Origin: Nitrospirota bacterium
GTDB taxonomy: Bacteria > Nitrospirota > UBA9217
Length of the DNA: 64,000 nucleotides
Direction of reading: 5' to 3'
Assembly (NCBI GenBank): GCA_963754875.1
Contig: CAVWHO010000017.1
Coordinates: 96,001-160,000 of the forward strand
In this document: positions 31,809 to 41,762 of the stretch, piece by piece
How positions within the stretch are numbered: position 1 is the first letter of the stretch
How the letters are laid out: each line of letters starts with the position of its first letter
Translations under genes and position numbers: made by a program
Notes under the pieces: model-generated
Database searches by the model: none
Told to the model about the DNA's origin: nothing
Seen by the model: only the letters and a program-made list of their open reading frames with translations

Positions 31809-31856
31809 ATTCGCAATCAGCAGGTTGTCCGTTCAACCCGGATCGCCGGCCCTCCA
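31809..31856 (+). pseudogene. Degenerate tRNA 3' half (Thr-like)
   Basis: ATTCGCAATCAGCAGGTT GTCCG-TTCAACC-CGGAT CGCCGGC..TCCA; T-arm still pairs. Confidence 0.55.
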
Positions 31857-31991
31857 TTTATACCCTCTTCCACAGAGACATATATTATAGTATAATACTG
31901 TTCCGTAGCGCTGGATTCATATTTCAGATTGATAATTTGAGATATACTGTGCACACAATTATGTGAGTTTGACAATTTTACGGAGGTGACC

Positions 31992-32510
31992 ATGCGCAGA
32001 ATTACTTTTCCGATTGCAGTCTTTTTGATATTGTCTATTGCAGCAACTGTGTTGGCCGCGGAGCGAATGAAGCCGGGGTTGTGGCTCATTACGATTAAGT
32101 CTGAAGCGATGACGCAGATGCAGCATATGTCGCCGCAACAAATGGAAATCATGCGTCAACGAGGTATTAATCCAGGCGGTGGTATGGAATCCAGGGTCTG
32201 CATAACAAAAGAAATGGCTGAACGCGACCGTCCTCCAGTAGGGAAAAGTAAAAAAGATTGTCACATGGATAGTTTTGAGCGCAGTGGGAATAGCTATACC
32301 GTAAAAATGGTGTGTGATGGCCCGACTATTCAAGGTACTATCGTGACTAAAGGCGTGCATTCAGGACTCGAAAATTATAGCTGGATCAGTGATATGAAAG
32401 GAACCGCGCGCGGTCATAAGATCAATTCGCACCAAGAAGGCAGCGGCAAGTGGCTAGGTTCAGATTGTGGCGATGTTAAACCAATGACCGATTATGTGAA
32501 AGAGAAATAG
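31992..32510 (+). CDS. DUF3617-like secreted protein
   Basis: Signal peptide; MKPGLW.IT...VCIT...C.....C...KWLGSDC. Confidence 0.82.
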   Translation: MRRITFPIAVFLILSIAATVLAAERMKPGLWLITIKSEAMTQMQHMSPQQMEIMRQRGINPGGGMESRVCITKEMAERDRPPVGKSKKDCHMDSFERSGNSYTVKMVCDGPTIQGTIVTKGVHSGLENYSWISDMKGTARGHKINSHQEGSGKWLGSDCGDVKPMTDYVKEK

Positions 32511-32538
32511 CGACGTACAATACACTATATTGAATATG

Positions 32539-32667
32539 TCGGTCCGAAAACCCGAAGGTCGAAGGTAATAATCCGGCCCCCGCTACCAAACTTATCAAGG
32601 GGTTACAGCTTATACTGTAATCCCTCTTTTTTCTTCAGGACAGGGTCAGGACAGTTACAGGACGGAT
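32539..32667 (+). repeat. att-like junction: degenerate tRNA-fMet 3' half plus terminator plus CAGGAC repeats
   Basis: TCGGTCCGAAAACCCGAAGGTCG...ATCCGGCCCCCGCTACCA..AGGGGTTACAG..CTGTAATCCCT..CAGGACAGGGTCAGGACAGTTACAGGACGGA. Confidence 0.88.
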
Positions 32668-32708
32668 TTATGCGTTCCCCTTAGTATATACGTCAGGAGG
32701 TGAATGCT

Positions 32709-32951
32709 ATGTCAACGAAACTTACCCTGCGGCTTGACGAGAATGTAATTCGTAACGAGAAACGCGCAGACCGTGTCGTGGTGTCAGCCTCTCCCAGAAG
32801 GTGATCGGTTACTTCCATGCAGTATCCGGAAGAAGAAAAGACTGAGGCGACACCCGTTCTCGCGAGAATTTCTGGTGTGCTCAGTCCAAAGGCCGACGCA
32901 AAACAACTTATCGCAGGCTACCGGAAACATAGGGAAGAGAAATACCGATGA
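32709..32951 (+). pseudogene. Frameshifted DUF6364-like antitoxin; partner toxin deleted after its first codons
   Basis: MSTKLTLRLDENVIR... and, out of frame, ...YRKHREEKYR*, with ATGA overlap into MKIVL; AGGAGG RBS. Confidence 0.6.
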
Positions 32952-32962
32952 AAATAGTTCTA

Positions 32963-33298
32963 TCACTGACCATTTATTGATTTCCTTCTGACCATGCAAA
33001 CCGAGGTCAATCCTCTATCGTATGCTTCAAAACCAAAACGCCCGTAGTAGTTTACGAGTCTTTTTAGCGTTTCCTCGCTGTTATTGCCAAGGGGCCGGGC
33101 CGATACGAAAATTTCCTTCTGCATGCCATCAGCCATTAACAGAAGGCGATTAATGAGCATGGTGCCTACTCCCTTGTTGCGATGATGTGACGGGACCATA
33201 ACGATATCGAGCGAAAAAGACGTCTTGCTTTCAGAGAACTTTAGTTGGGCAAAGTCCCCATCTCCAAGAAACCATCTTATTTCGCCTGTTATATTCAC
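32963..33298 (-). CDS. GNAT-family N-acetyltransferase
   Basis: V...HRNKGVGT.L; LVNYYGRFGF. Confidence 0.8.
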   Translation of the reverse strand: MNITGEIRWFLGDGDFAQLKFSESKTSFSLDIVMVPSHHRNKGVGTMLINRLLLMADGMQKEIFVSARPLGNNSEETLKRLVNYYGRFGFEAYDRGLTSVCMVRRKSINGQ

Positions 33299-33379
33299 CT
33301 GTGCATCCCCACGGGGGAAGGAGCGAGAGGATACGACGGCTGTCCTAAACTTCCCATTCCCCTCAGCAGTCTGTCGTGC

Positions 33380-34513
33380 CTATCCAAGCTCCTCCATCAT
33401 AGGAGCAACCATCTTTTCCATCTGCATTTTCATAAGCGCCTGATTGCCGTCGCTCGCCATGATGCCAATGATGTGAATATGCGATTTTGAATCGACGCCC
33501 GAGCACCGCATGACGACTATACCCTTCGGCGTGCTGATGACAGTTTCCTTGCATGCATCTAACCCGATCTTTTTTGATGCCTCATGCGCTGACCGGAAGA
33601 TGTCGTTGAACGTCGCCCCGACAAGAGACAGATTGATGTTAGGGTCTTCAGATTCTGCGGCCATCATCTCGCCCGTAAAGTTCATCACACCTGCAGCCTT
33701 AAATCCTTTCACTTCTTTCAAACCTTGAAGATGTTTTTCCAGTGCCATAGTGTCCTCCTTGTTTATAGCGTTTTTTAGAGTTCTTTCTTCCTGTGTATCT
33801 CCGTTTTCCTGCTTTACCAATCCGTCAGCCTCGGTCTGCCTCCTTTTTCGTTCATCCTGCAATCTCATGCTTTCCATGAGGATTTCGTTCATGGATTCCT
33901 GAATGTTTTTCGTCTTCCGCTTGCAGCGGGGAGTAATTTCAATTTCCGTCTGCTTCCAGTCGAGCATCTGGTAGGCGGCATCAAGCCCGATTTTTTTCCC
34001 CACCTCAGCATCCAGCAACTCACCTTTCTGAAAATACCAGTAACCGAACTCTTCGTTGGAGTTGACCGTAAGGGTGCAGGTTCTTTTTTCCATCTCGATA
34101 AGTTGCAGGAAGGTGGGAAGGGTGATTCCCTGGAGATGTCCTGCAGAACCAAAATTCAGTTCGTTGAGAATTACGGCGGCGAGTTTTTTATAGTCGACTG
34201 GCTTCTCGATGTAATGAGATACTCCGTAGCCGTCTATTCTATTCTCGATGTCAGGAGTTCCATAGGCGGTCATCACAATCATCGGAATATGCGGATAGTG
34301 CTTGCTCATATGGACAAGCAGCTCGAAACCGTCCAGTACGGGCATTTTGAGGTCGGTTACGACAAGATCAATCGGCACAGAAGAAAGCTGGGCAATAGCC
34401 TTCGCCCCGTTCTGGGCTGGAATGACGTTAAAGTCCTTCGCATAAGCGCTCAAGCCTTCTTGGAGACTGAGTAAAAAAAGTTTCTCATCATCAACGATCA
34501 GAACATTTTTCAT
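33380..34513 (-). CDS. Response regulator: REC plus DUF4388/PatA_N plus C-terminal roadblock-like domain
   Basis: VLIVDDE..TDLKMP..KP; G.LQGITLPTFLQLIEMEK.T..L; C-terminal L..LKEVKGFKAAGVMNFTGE. Confidence 0.85.
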   Translation of the reverse strand: MKNVLIVDDEKLFLLSLQEGLSAYAKDFNVIPAQNGAKAIAQLSSVPIDLVVTDLKMPVLDGFELLVHMSKHYPHIPMIVMTAYGTPDIENRIDGYGVSHYIEKPVDYKKLAAVILNELNFGSAGHLQGITLPTFLQLIEMEKRTCTLTVNSNEEFGYWYFQKGELLDAEVGKKIGLDAAYQMLDWKQTEIEITPRCKRKTKNIQESMNEILMESMRLQDERKRRQTEADGLVKQENGDTQEERTLKNAINKEDTMALEKHLQGLKEVKGFKAAGVMNFTGEMMAAESEDPNINLSLVGATFNDIFRSAHEASKKIGLDACKETVISTPKGIVVMRCSGVDSKSHIHIIGIMASDGNQALMKMQMEKMVAPMMEELG

Positions 34514-34538
34514 AGTACCGTCCTTTGTTTTCTACTAA

Positions 34539-34554
34539 AGCAAACGACATGCCA
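34539..34554 (-). promoter_or_regulatory. Sigma-54 (-24/-12) promoter
   Basis: Minus strand TGGCATGTCGTTTGCT with GG-N10-GC spacing; lies next to an NtrC-type activator gene. Confidence 0.78.
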
Positions 34555-34661
34555 AGTAGAACGGTGCATAGATGTTCCATAAAATCAATTAGTTCCTGCA
34601 AAATGTCTGTGATTATCCCGGCGAAAGGTCCAAGATGAACCTCACAGTCTGAGCCCAGGGG

Positions 34662-36011
34662 TTAAGATGAGCTCTTTCTCGATATTGAATATTCCTTAAT
34701 TCTTCGTTTAAGGGTGGAAAGGGAAATGCCTAGGCGTCGTGCCGTTTCACGATAGTTGCCTTTGCCCTCGTTCAAGACACGATCAATATATGCCTTTTCC
34801 ACTTCTCCCAGCGGTACAAATATGTCGGACGCGGGAGGGTCCTTTAATTGCGACCCGGTGGGACGATCTTTTTTACCGAGAAGCGTAGCGGGGGATAGGT
34901 AAGGACCGTCCCTCAGAAGAACCGCCCGTTCGAGAATGTTCTTGAGTTCCCTGATATTTCCCGGCCAGGGGTAGTCCATAAGTTTCTGCATTTCTCCGTC
35001 TGGGATTTGAAGCGTGGCCGGTATGATTTTTTTCAACAAATTGAGGCAAAGACCGGGAATGTCCTCGCGTCTTTCGCGCAACGGCGGAAGATGGAGGTGG
35101 ATGACGCTTAGTCTGTAGTAGAGATCGGAGCGAAATGTCTTCATCCGGATGGCCACCTCGATATCCTGGTTAGTAATGGCAATTATCCTGACATTTACAG
35201 GCCTCAAAACGTCATCGCCAATTTTTTTTATATGTTTGCTGTCCAGGACTCCGAGGAGCTTCGCCTGGAGGTTGGGCGGCATTTCGGCGATTTCATCAAG
35301 CACCAGGGTCCCTCCCTCCGCCATTTCAAAAATTCCTTTTCGCGATGTTGAAGCGCCCGTGAAAGCCCCTTTTTCATAGCCGAAGAGTTCCGACTCGATA
35401 AGATTCTCCGGAAGAGCAGCGCAGTTGATCGCGATACAGGGGGCCTCACGTAACTGGCTGCAGTCATGGATGTACTGAGCGAGCACGTTCTTACCCGTCC
35501 CCGTCTCTCCCGTAATCAGAATTGGGGCATCAGACTGGGCTGCAAGGTCAATAAGCTTCGCCAGGGGGGCAAGACCCGCTTCACCGATAAAAGGGCCGGA
35601 ACGTTCCCGGCCGTTCTGATATAAATGGATCTGCTCAATCCTCTCTAGATCGATGGTTCTTAATGCCTTTTTCACAACAATATCCAGTTCTTCGAGCTCA
35701 AAGGGTTTGGACAGGTAGTCGAATGCTCCTGATTTCATCGCGTTCACCGCGTGCTTAAAATTCGGGAATGCCGTGATGAATATTATTTTAGTTTTATCAT
35801 GGTACTTCATGATTGATTGGCAAAAAGTGTGCCCCTCTCCATCGGGAAGTTTCTGGTCGAGGAGAACGACGTCAATGGTCTTCTGAGCGCAGTGAGCGAG
35901 TCCATCATACCCGCAGGAAACCGTGAGCACGTTCATGACACGGTCGAAATGGTCCTTGAGGGCGTCGCACAACAGGGCATCGTCATCTATTATCAGGAGC
36001 GTCTTTCGCAC
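34662..36011 (-). CDS. Sigma-54-dependent NtrC-family response regulator
   Basis: Receiver domain; GETGTGK; ESELFG.EKGAFTGA; WPGNIREL; C-terminal Fis-type HTH. Confidence 0.95.
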   Translation of the reverse strand: MRKTLLIIDDDALLCDALKDHFDRVMNVLTVSCGYDGLAHCAQKTIDVVLLDQKLPDGEGHTFCQSIMKYHDKTKIIFITAFPNFKHAVNAMKSGAFDYLSKPFELEELDIVVKKALRTIDLERIEQIHLYQNGRERSGPFIGEAGLAPLAKLIDLAAQSDAPILITGETGTGKNVLAQYIHDCSQLREAPCIAINCAALPENLIESELFGYEKGAFTGASTSRKGIFEMAEGGTLVLDEIAEMPPNLQAKLLGVLDSKHIKKIGDDVLRPVNVRIIAITNQDIEVAIRMKTFRSDLYYRLSVIHLHLPPLRERREDIPGLCLNLLKKIIPATLQIPDGEMQKLMDYPWPGNIRELKNILERAVLLRDGPYLSPATLLGKKDRPTGSQLKDPPASDIFVPLGEVEKAYIDRVLNEGKGNYRETARRLGISLSTLKRRIKEYSISRKSSS

Positions 36012-36018
36012 ATGGACC

Positions 36019-37527
36019 TCACTTGGGTATTAGAGGCACGGATACGTCTACGATGGTTCCGGCACCCTTCTGACTGGTAATCTCTATTGAACAGCTCATC
36101 TGGGTGAGCATCTTGCGGACGATTATCAATCCCAGGCCGGTTCCCTTGTCCTTCGCGGTGTAGAACGGTCTGAACATGTTCTGCTGCTCCTCCTCGCTCA
36201 TACCACATCCGTTATCTATGATTCTGATCACAACAAATTGCAGAGTCTGGAAAACGTGAATAACGATCTTCGGCTCATCCATTCCTTCCAGCGCGTCCGC
36301 GGAGTTTGTCAGAATGTTCAGAAGAATCTGTTTGAGCGCCCGCGGGTCAGCGAGCATTGTCTTGGTCTCGGGATGAAAAATGACTCGGATCGAGATGCCC
36401 TGGCTCCTGAAATCTTCCTGCACCAGCTCCAAGAACTTGTACATGAATGGTCCGGCGTCAATCGCTTGAAGCACCGGATGCTCATACATGTTAAAGTTTT
36501 TGAGACTACTTAGCAGCTCTTCCAATCGAAGTATTTCAGCCAGTGATCGTTCTATATACCGCCGGATGCTCTGCTGTGGAAAGGTCTCAACATTATCGAG
36601 CAAAACGCTCAACGCGACCTTGATTGAGTTGACTGGATTCCCGATCTCATGACGGATGCCGGAAAAGACATACCCGATGTTATTCATATTATTCACCGCT
36701 GCTGCGATAGACTCCAGCCTGACTTTTTCAGTAACATCTCTCATCACAGCTACAAAGTTTATGACTTCGCCCTGGTTGTTTTTTACCGGTTTAATTGTGA
36801 TCTCTTCTTCATAGCGGGAGCCATCCTTTTTTGAGCTCACCAGATGTTTTTCCCATGGTTCGCCTGCCTCAACGGCTTCCCACATTTCGTCACAAAATAT
36901 TTTGGAGTTCATACCTCCCTTGAAAGTACAGAAATTTTTTCCCAGAACCTCTTCTTTCGCATACCCCGTGATGATTTCGAATGCCGGGTTGACATACTGA
37001 AGAGCCCCCTCCGCATCCAATATCACAATGGATTCGGCCGCTGACTGAACTACCGCAGCCAGAAGCGAGTTCTTCTCCTGGATTATTTTCCGGTCGGTGA
37101 TATCTTGAAGCATGATCCAGCAATATCCCCTGCTGATTGGGTAAATCGTATACCCGATGAACCGCTCTCCTATGCGCATCGACTGGGGGACGTGGGGCGG
37201 GCAAGTTTTTTTATCATCCCCGTTCCCCCGCAGGAACACGGACGACAGTGATTCATAATCACGTGCTTGTACGACACCATCGAGAATACTCGTTGCGGTT
37301 TTGTTGATGAAGATGACCGACTGACTATCTCTATCAAGCACGACGATCCCAACTTGAATATTTTCCATGATGCCAGAGTATACGCATGCATTGTCTTGGG
37401 CATTTTTGTCGCCAGGGCAAACTCTTTCCATGTTCTGAAGATTGCGAAAAGACATGACAGATCCCCCAAATTCACTGTTGTCGCATTTACGTATCAAGGA
37501 CAGAGTCGTCTTACAATAATAGACCAA
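36019..37527 (-). CDS. PAS sensor histidine kinase (start uncertain)
   Basis: Two PAS domains; IRHEIGNP; QILLNILTN; DNGCG, FRPFYT, GTGLGL. Confidence 0.9.
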   Translation of the reverse strand: MVYYCKTTLSLIRKCDNSEFGGSVMSFRNLQNMERVCPGDKNAQDNACVYSGIMENIQVGIVVLDRDSQSVIFINKTATSILDGVVQARDYESLSSVFLRGNGDDKKTCPPHVPQSMRIGERFIGYTIYPISRGYCWIMLQDITDRKIIQEKNSLLAAVVQSAAESIVILDAEGALQYVNPAFEIITGYAKEEVLGKNFCTFKGGMNSKIFCDEMWEAVEAGEPWEKHLVSSKKDGSRYEEEITIKPVKNNQGEVINFVAVMRDVTEKVRLESIAAAVNNMNNIGYVFSGIRHEIGNPVNSIKVALSVLLDNVETFPQQSIRRYIERSLAEILRLEELLSSLKNFNMYEHPVLQAIDAGPFMYKFLELVQEDFRSQGISIRVIFHPETKTMLADPRALKQILLNILTNSADALEGMDEPKIVIHVFQTLQFVVIRIIDNGCGMSEEEQQNMFRPFYTAKDKGTGLGLIIVRKMLTQMSCSIEITSQKGAGTIVDVSVPLIPK

Positions 37528-37827
37528 GTACTAATAGGAGTATCATTACTAATGATATTCATCGTGCGTTGGCGCAGGACTGAGCATCATCATCTGCTAA
37601 CAATGAGGACCATAACTTTCCTGGCCTTGAGGTACTTTTCCTTGAGAGTGCTATCCCAAAGAGACAGTGTATTCACCATAACGAACATGCACAGTCCCGA
37701 GATCGGGTATAACGATGATGAGTAGTTTGCGGGCTAACTTGAGCGTTGAGGCAATTTCCAAGCGCTTTTTTCCGTAAAAAAAAGCGTTAGTTTAGTAGAT
37801 TACACTATCTGCAACAACTATATATAT

Positions 37828-37854
37828 TTATCGGCATAGCAGTTAAAAACTTAA
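37828..37854 (-). promoter_or_regulatory. Candidate sigma-28 promoter upstream of the kinase/NtrC operon
   Basis: TTAAGTTT-N11-GCCGATAA. Confidence 0.68.
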
Positions 37855-38173
37855 GCAGGGAATTCAAACCGCTAGTGATTCGTTCATTGGCGCTGGATCA
37901 TTCTGTGGACGATTGTATTGATTATGCCTATTTCATGGAAGATCAACTTTTTTAGCTAAAAATCAGACTGATAATTTTAGGGTAGCGCTTTTTCTTTAGT
38001 TTATTGAGAGGAACGCTGACGTATGAATTTGGGTATCATACCAACGATAGGAAATGTTTTTCTGCTCGAGAGCACTCAAATATGGCGTTTCAATGCTGCA
38101 AATTGTTAAGCAGAGCGGGATTATTTAATAAAAACTAAAAATAATAGTTTACAACGAAACAAATAGTCCTATA

Positions 38174-38719
38174 ATGATTCTACTGATATCTGACCCGAAT
38201 GAATTGATCGACTTTTTAAAGTCGAGTAGAGAGAAAAGCATCATCCTATCATCGAATTTCTCTCAAGATTTATTCTTTCCCTGGTATTGCGAATGGAATG
38301 CTATGAGGAGGATAAAGATAGTGAAAGTTAGAAAGTCAATTCTGATTGTAGATGATGAAGAACTCTTTGGCACTATCCTTAGGGACGCTTTGGAGCAGGA
38401 AGGTTATTTTGTATCATTCTGCAATAATCCGTCTGACGCAATACTCCTCTCTCAAAAAAACAATTTTGATATAATTGTGACAGATTATAACATGCTGGAA
38501 ATGAATGGGGCTGATTTCACAAGACTAAGACGTTTCCGTTTCGAAAATTCCTTTATTATTGGTTTAAGTTGTGAATCAACGGAAAGCGCATTTCTTGCAG
38601 CTGGCGCTGATGCATTCTTTGAAAAGCCTATTAACTATCGAGAACTGATTTCAATGATTAACGCGAATTCAATCTCGAAGTGTAGTGTTGAGGCTCCGAC
38701 CTCCAGTGGCGTTTTATAA
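38174..38719 (+). CDS. Single-domain response regulator (true start probably ~38303-38321)
   Basis: ILIVDDEE, VTDYNM, AGADAFFEKP. Confidence 0.8.
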   Translation: MILLISDPNELIDFLKSSREKSIILSSNFSQDLFFPWYCEWNAMRRIKIVKVRKSILIVDDEELFGTILRDALEQEGYFVSFCNNPSDAILLSQKNNFDIIVTDYNMLEMNGADFTRLRRFRFENSFIIGLSCESTESAFLAAGADAFFEKPINYRELISMINANSISKCSVEAPTSSGVL

Positions 38720-39195
38720 CCGAGGCACTTTCTCGGTCTGCTGTTAAGCAAGTATTCGACCCGGGCTACACCTCTTAGATCCTTCCGAAGCGCAAACTTG
38801 AATATTTCAAATTCCGATTCTATGGACCATATGACTGTCCTGATACAGTCCCGCTAAACAAAAAGAGAATTTTAAAGGCTCTTAGACCGTGATTTACTTG
38901 GTCACGGAAGAGGAGCATTTCACCCTTTGAGGTTGCGCACCCGAATGGTCGTTTGGATACGTTATTTGTATCTTCGACAGCAGAGAACGAATCTTCCCTT
39001 CAGTGATCCTTCATACGTAGACTATTTTAGGTACAATGGTGTCGTTAATTTCAACTAGAATAGTGGAGCCTTGCAGAATCGAGCGGGAGTGTGGAGTCTC
39101 GGTTGAAACCTGCGCATACAGCTCCTTCCTATAATCCTCATCAGTTGCATCTCGTGTACATTGCAAGATTCATATTGTAAATCTCACAACCAAGG

Positions 39196-39211
39196 TGTGA
39201 CTGTAATCACA
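39196..39211. promoter_or_regulatory. CRP-family binding site
   Basis: Perfect TGTGA-N6-TCACA about 160 nt upstream of 39369. Confidence 0.65.
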
Positions 39212-39368
39212 TATTTAGCGATAATAAACTAGCATAATTGACCTCGCCTGCTACAAGATTTCTACTCTGTATTTGGATTAGGAGTTTGGTTGAGGAGGGG
39301 CTGTTCCTCTTTAGGGAATGCCTTTATTGGATTTACTACAATTGAAAACGCAAAAGGAGGATGTAAGT

Positions 39369-41453
39369 ATGGAAAGAAAATTTATCATGTGCTCGATCCG
39401 ATTTAGTTTAATCACTTTTCTTTTGTTAGTTACTGTTCTAGTTTGTATTCTCGGAGAGCCGCAGAATGCATGGGCGAGATCCGGGGGGATAACCGGCTAC
39501 TCGGGCAAGACGGGTTCAATATGCAATAGCTGCCATTCGGGCGGGACGACCCCGACGGTGGCCCTCACCGGCCCGACCAGCCTTGCCACAGGCGCTTCCG
39601 GGGTTTACACGTTCACGATCACCGGCGGTGCGGCCGTTGTCGGCGGGCTCGATGTTGCGACGAGCGCCGGCAAACTCCAGGCAACCGGTTCCAACACCAA
39701 GCTCTCAGGCATCGAAATAACGCAAACAGCCGCCACCTCATTCACCGCAGGATCACTTGCCTTCACGTTCACCCTGGTCGCGCCGTCAACAGCAGGAACG
39801 GTCACTCTCTATGGTGCCGGTCTTTCAGCTAACAACAACGGCTCGACGAGCGGCGACAAGGCAACCGGAACAACGCTTGCCGTCAGCGTGACCAGCGCTT
39901 CAGCGCCGAACATCGTCGTAACCGATTCGGTCGCGCCTGCGACTGACCACCAGATCCCGTTCGGCACGGTAACCGACGGCCTCACTTCCAACCAGACCGT
40001 GACTGTCACCAACACCGGAAATGCGAATCTTGTCATCGGCACGATAGCAAGCGCAAATCCGCTCGCAGCTCCCTTCAGCATTACGGCTGATGCTTGTTCG
40101 GGCCAAACTATCGCTCCCGCAGGTGCCTGCGCGATGACGGTCCGCTTTGCCCCGACAGCAGCAGGCCCATCCAGTGATTCCTTCGACATCCCGAGCAATG
40201 ACTCCACTACGGGAACAGTCACCGTAAGCGTATCCGGCACTGGAACGGCAACACCTGTGCCCGTCATTTCCGTAACCGATTCCGTTGCACCCACAACTGA
40301 CCACCAGATCCCGTTCGGCACGGTAACCGACGGCCTCACTTCCGACCAGACCGTGACTGTCACCAACACCGGAAATGCGAACCTTATCATCGGCACGATA
40401 GCAAGCGCAAATCCGCTTGCAGCTCCGTTCAGCATCACGGCTGATGCTTGTTCGGGCCAAACCATTGCTCCCACAGGTGTCTGCAAGATGACGGTCCGTT
40501 TTGCCCCGACAGCAGCAGGCACATCCAGTGATTCCTTCGACATCCCGAGCAATGACTCCACTACGGGAACAGTCACCGTAAGCGTATCCGGCACTGGAAC
40601 GGCAACACCTGTGCCCGTCATTTCCGTAACCGATTCCGTTGCACCCACAACTGACCACCAGATCCCGTTCGGCACGGTAACCGACGGCCTCACTTCCGAC
40701 CAGACCGTGACTGTCACCAACACCGGAAATGCGAACCTTATCATCGGCACGATAGCAAGCGCAAATCCGCTTGCAGCTCCGTTCAGCATCACGGCTGATG
40801 CTTGTTCGGGCCAAATCATTGCTCCCGCAGGTGCCTGCAAGATGACGGTCCGTTTTGCCCCGACAGCAACAGGCTTATCCAGTGATTCCTTCGACATCCC
40901 GAGCAATGACAGCGTCGCTCCGTCGGTCACGATGAACGTGAGCGGAACGGGTCTTTCGTCGGCAACAAATAATCCGCCGAGCGCGCCGACCCTGGTCTCC
41001 CCCACGGACGGTCAGACTGGCGTCGGCACAACAGTCACACTTCAGTGGAACAAATCCACGGATCCGGACAATGATCAGCTCACGTACCACGTCTACGACT
41101 GCACGGACAGTACCTTTACGTCCTGTACACCCGTGGATGTCGCTTCCCGGGGCATGGCCGGGATCTACTTCGCGGGGTCCGGTCTCCTGTTCTTCGGATT
41201 CGTATTTACCCGCGGCAACCGCGGCAGAACGCTCATGCTTACGCTGATGATTGCAGCGCTCTTGATGACCGGCGCACTCTTTATTTCCTGCGGCAAGAGC
41301 AGCGGATCGGATGCACCGGCAACCACCACTGCGGATATGGCCCATCAGGTTTCCGGCCTGAGCAGCACAACGACGTATTACTGGAAGGTTGTCGCCGACG
41401 ACGGCAAGGGCGGCCTGACGTCGAGCGCGACATGGAGCTTCACGACGCAGTAG
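39369..41453 (+). CDS. Secreted protein with one CxxCH, three choice-of-anchor-D/Ig-like repeats and a C-terminal FN3-like region with a membrane hairpin
   Basis: ICNSCHSGG; 3x VTNTGNANL...C.MTVRFAP; YYWKVVADDG. Confidence 0.85.
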   Translation: MERKFIMCSIRFSLITFLLLVTVLVCILGEPQNAWARSGGITGYSGKTGSICNSCHSGGTTPTVALTGPTSLATGASGVYTFTITGGAAVVGGLDVATSAGKLQATGSNTKLSGIEITQTAATSFTAGSLAFTFTLVAPSTAGTVTLYGAGLSANNNGSTSGDKATGTTLAVSVTSASAPNIVVTDSVAPATDHQIPFGTVTDGLTSNQTVTVTNTGNANLVIGTIASANPLAAPFSITADACSGQTIAPAGACAMTVRFAPTAAGPSSDSFDIPSNDSTTGTVTVSVSGTGTATPVPVISVTDSVAPTTDHQIPFGTVTDGLTSDQTVTVTNTGNANLIIGTIASANPLAAPFSITADACSGQTIAPTGVCKMTVRFAPTAAGTSSDSFDIPSNDSTTGTVTVSVSGTGTATPVPVISVTDSVAPTTDHQIPFGTVTDGLTSDQTVTVTNTGNANLIIGTIASANPLAAPFSITADACSGQIIAPAGACKMTVRFAPTATGLSSDSFDIPSNDSVAPSVTMNVSGTGLSSATNNPPSAPTLVSPTDGQTGVGTTVTLQWNKSTDPDNDQLTYHVYDCTDSTFTSCTPVDVASRGMAGIYFAGSGLLFFGFVFTRGNRGRTLMLTLMIAALLMTGALFISCGKSSGSDAPATTTADMAHQVSGLSSTTTYYWKVVADDGKGGLTSSATWSFTTQ
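39921..40950. repeat. Intragenic 354-bp tandem repeat, three copies
   Basis: ACCGATTC unit start recurs at 39921, 40275 and 40629. Confidence 0.9.
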
Positions 41454-41762
41454 GAACTGATTTCGAGTAATTTGGGCAAAAGCTATACGGTCCGGGCGCT
41501 GTGATACGCGCCTGGACCACCTTTGTGAGTCATATCCTAGAAGATGCTTCAGCGGACTACAAAGTTAAGATATATTCCGAATTCCGCGTTTTTATCAACT
41601 GCACGTAAATAAAGCCCAAAACGCGACTTTACGCTTTTTTTAGCATATACCCTGAAAATACCCCGCATGGGGTATTGCATAGCCCCATTTTCAAATGTAA
41701 TATGACTAAAAATAATAGTAATTACTAAATAAATTAGTAATATTTGCATCCGGAGGTATAAA

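Noticed and set aside
39061..39085. Minus-strand tRNA-Ala-like 3' end
   Set aside because: Too short and no pairing T-arm
39809..41005. Long antisense ORFs (also 46463-47878, 48423-49235, 14863-15648)
   Set aside because: Shadows of well-supported genes on the opposite strand; no motifs or RBS
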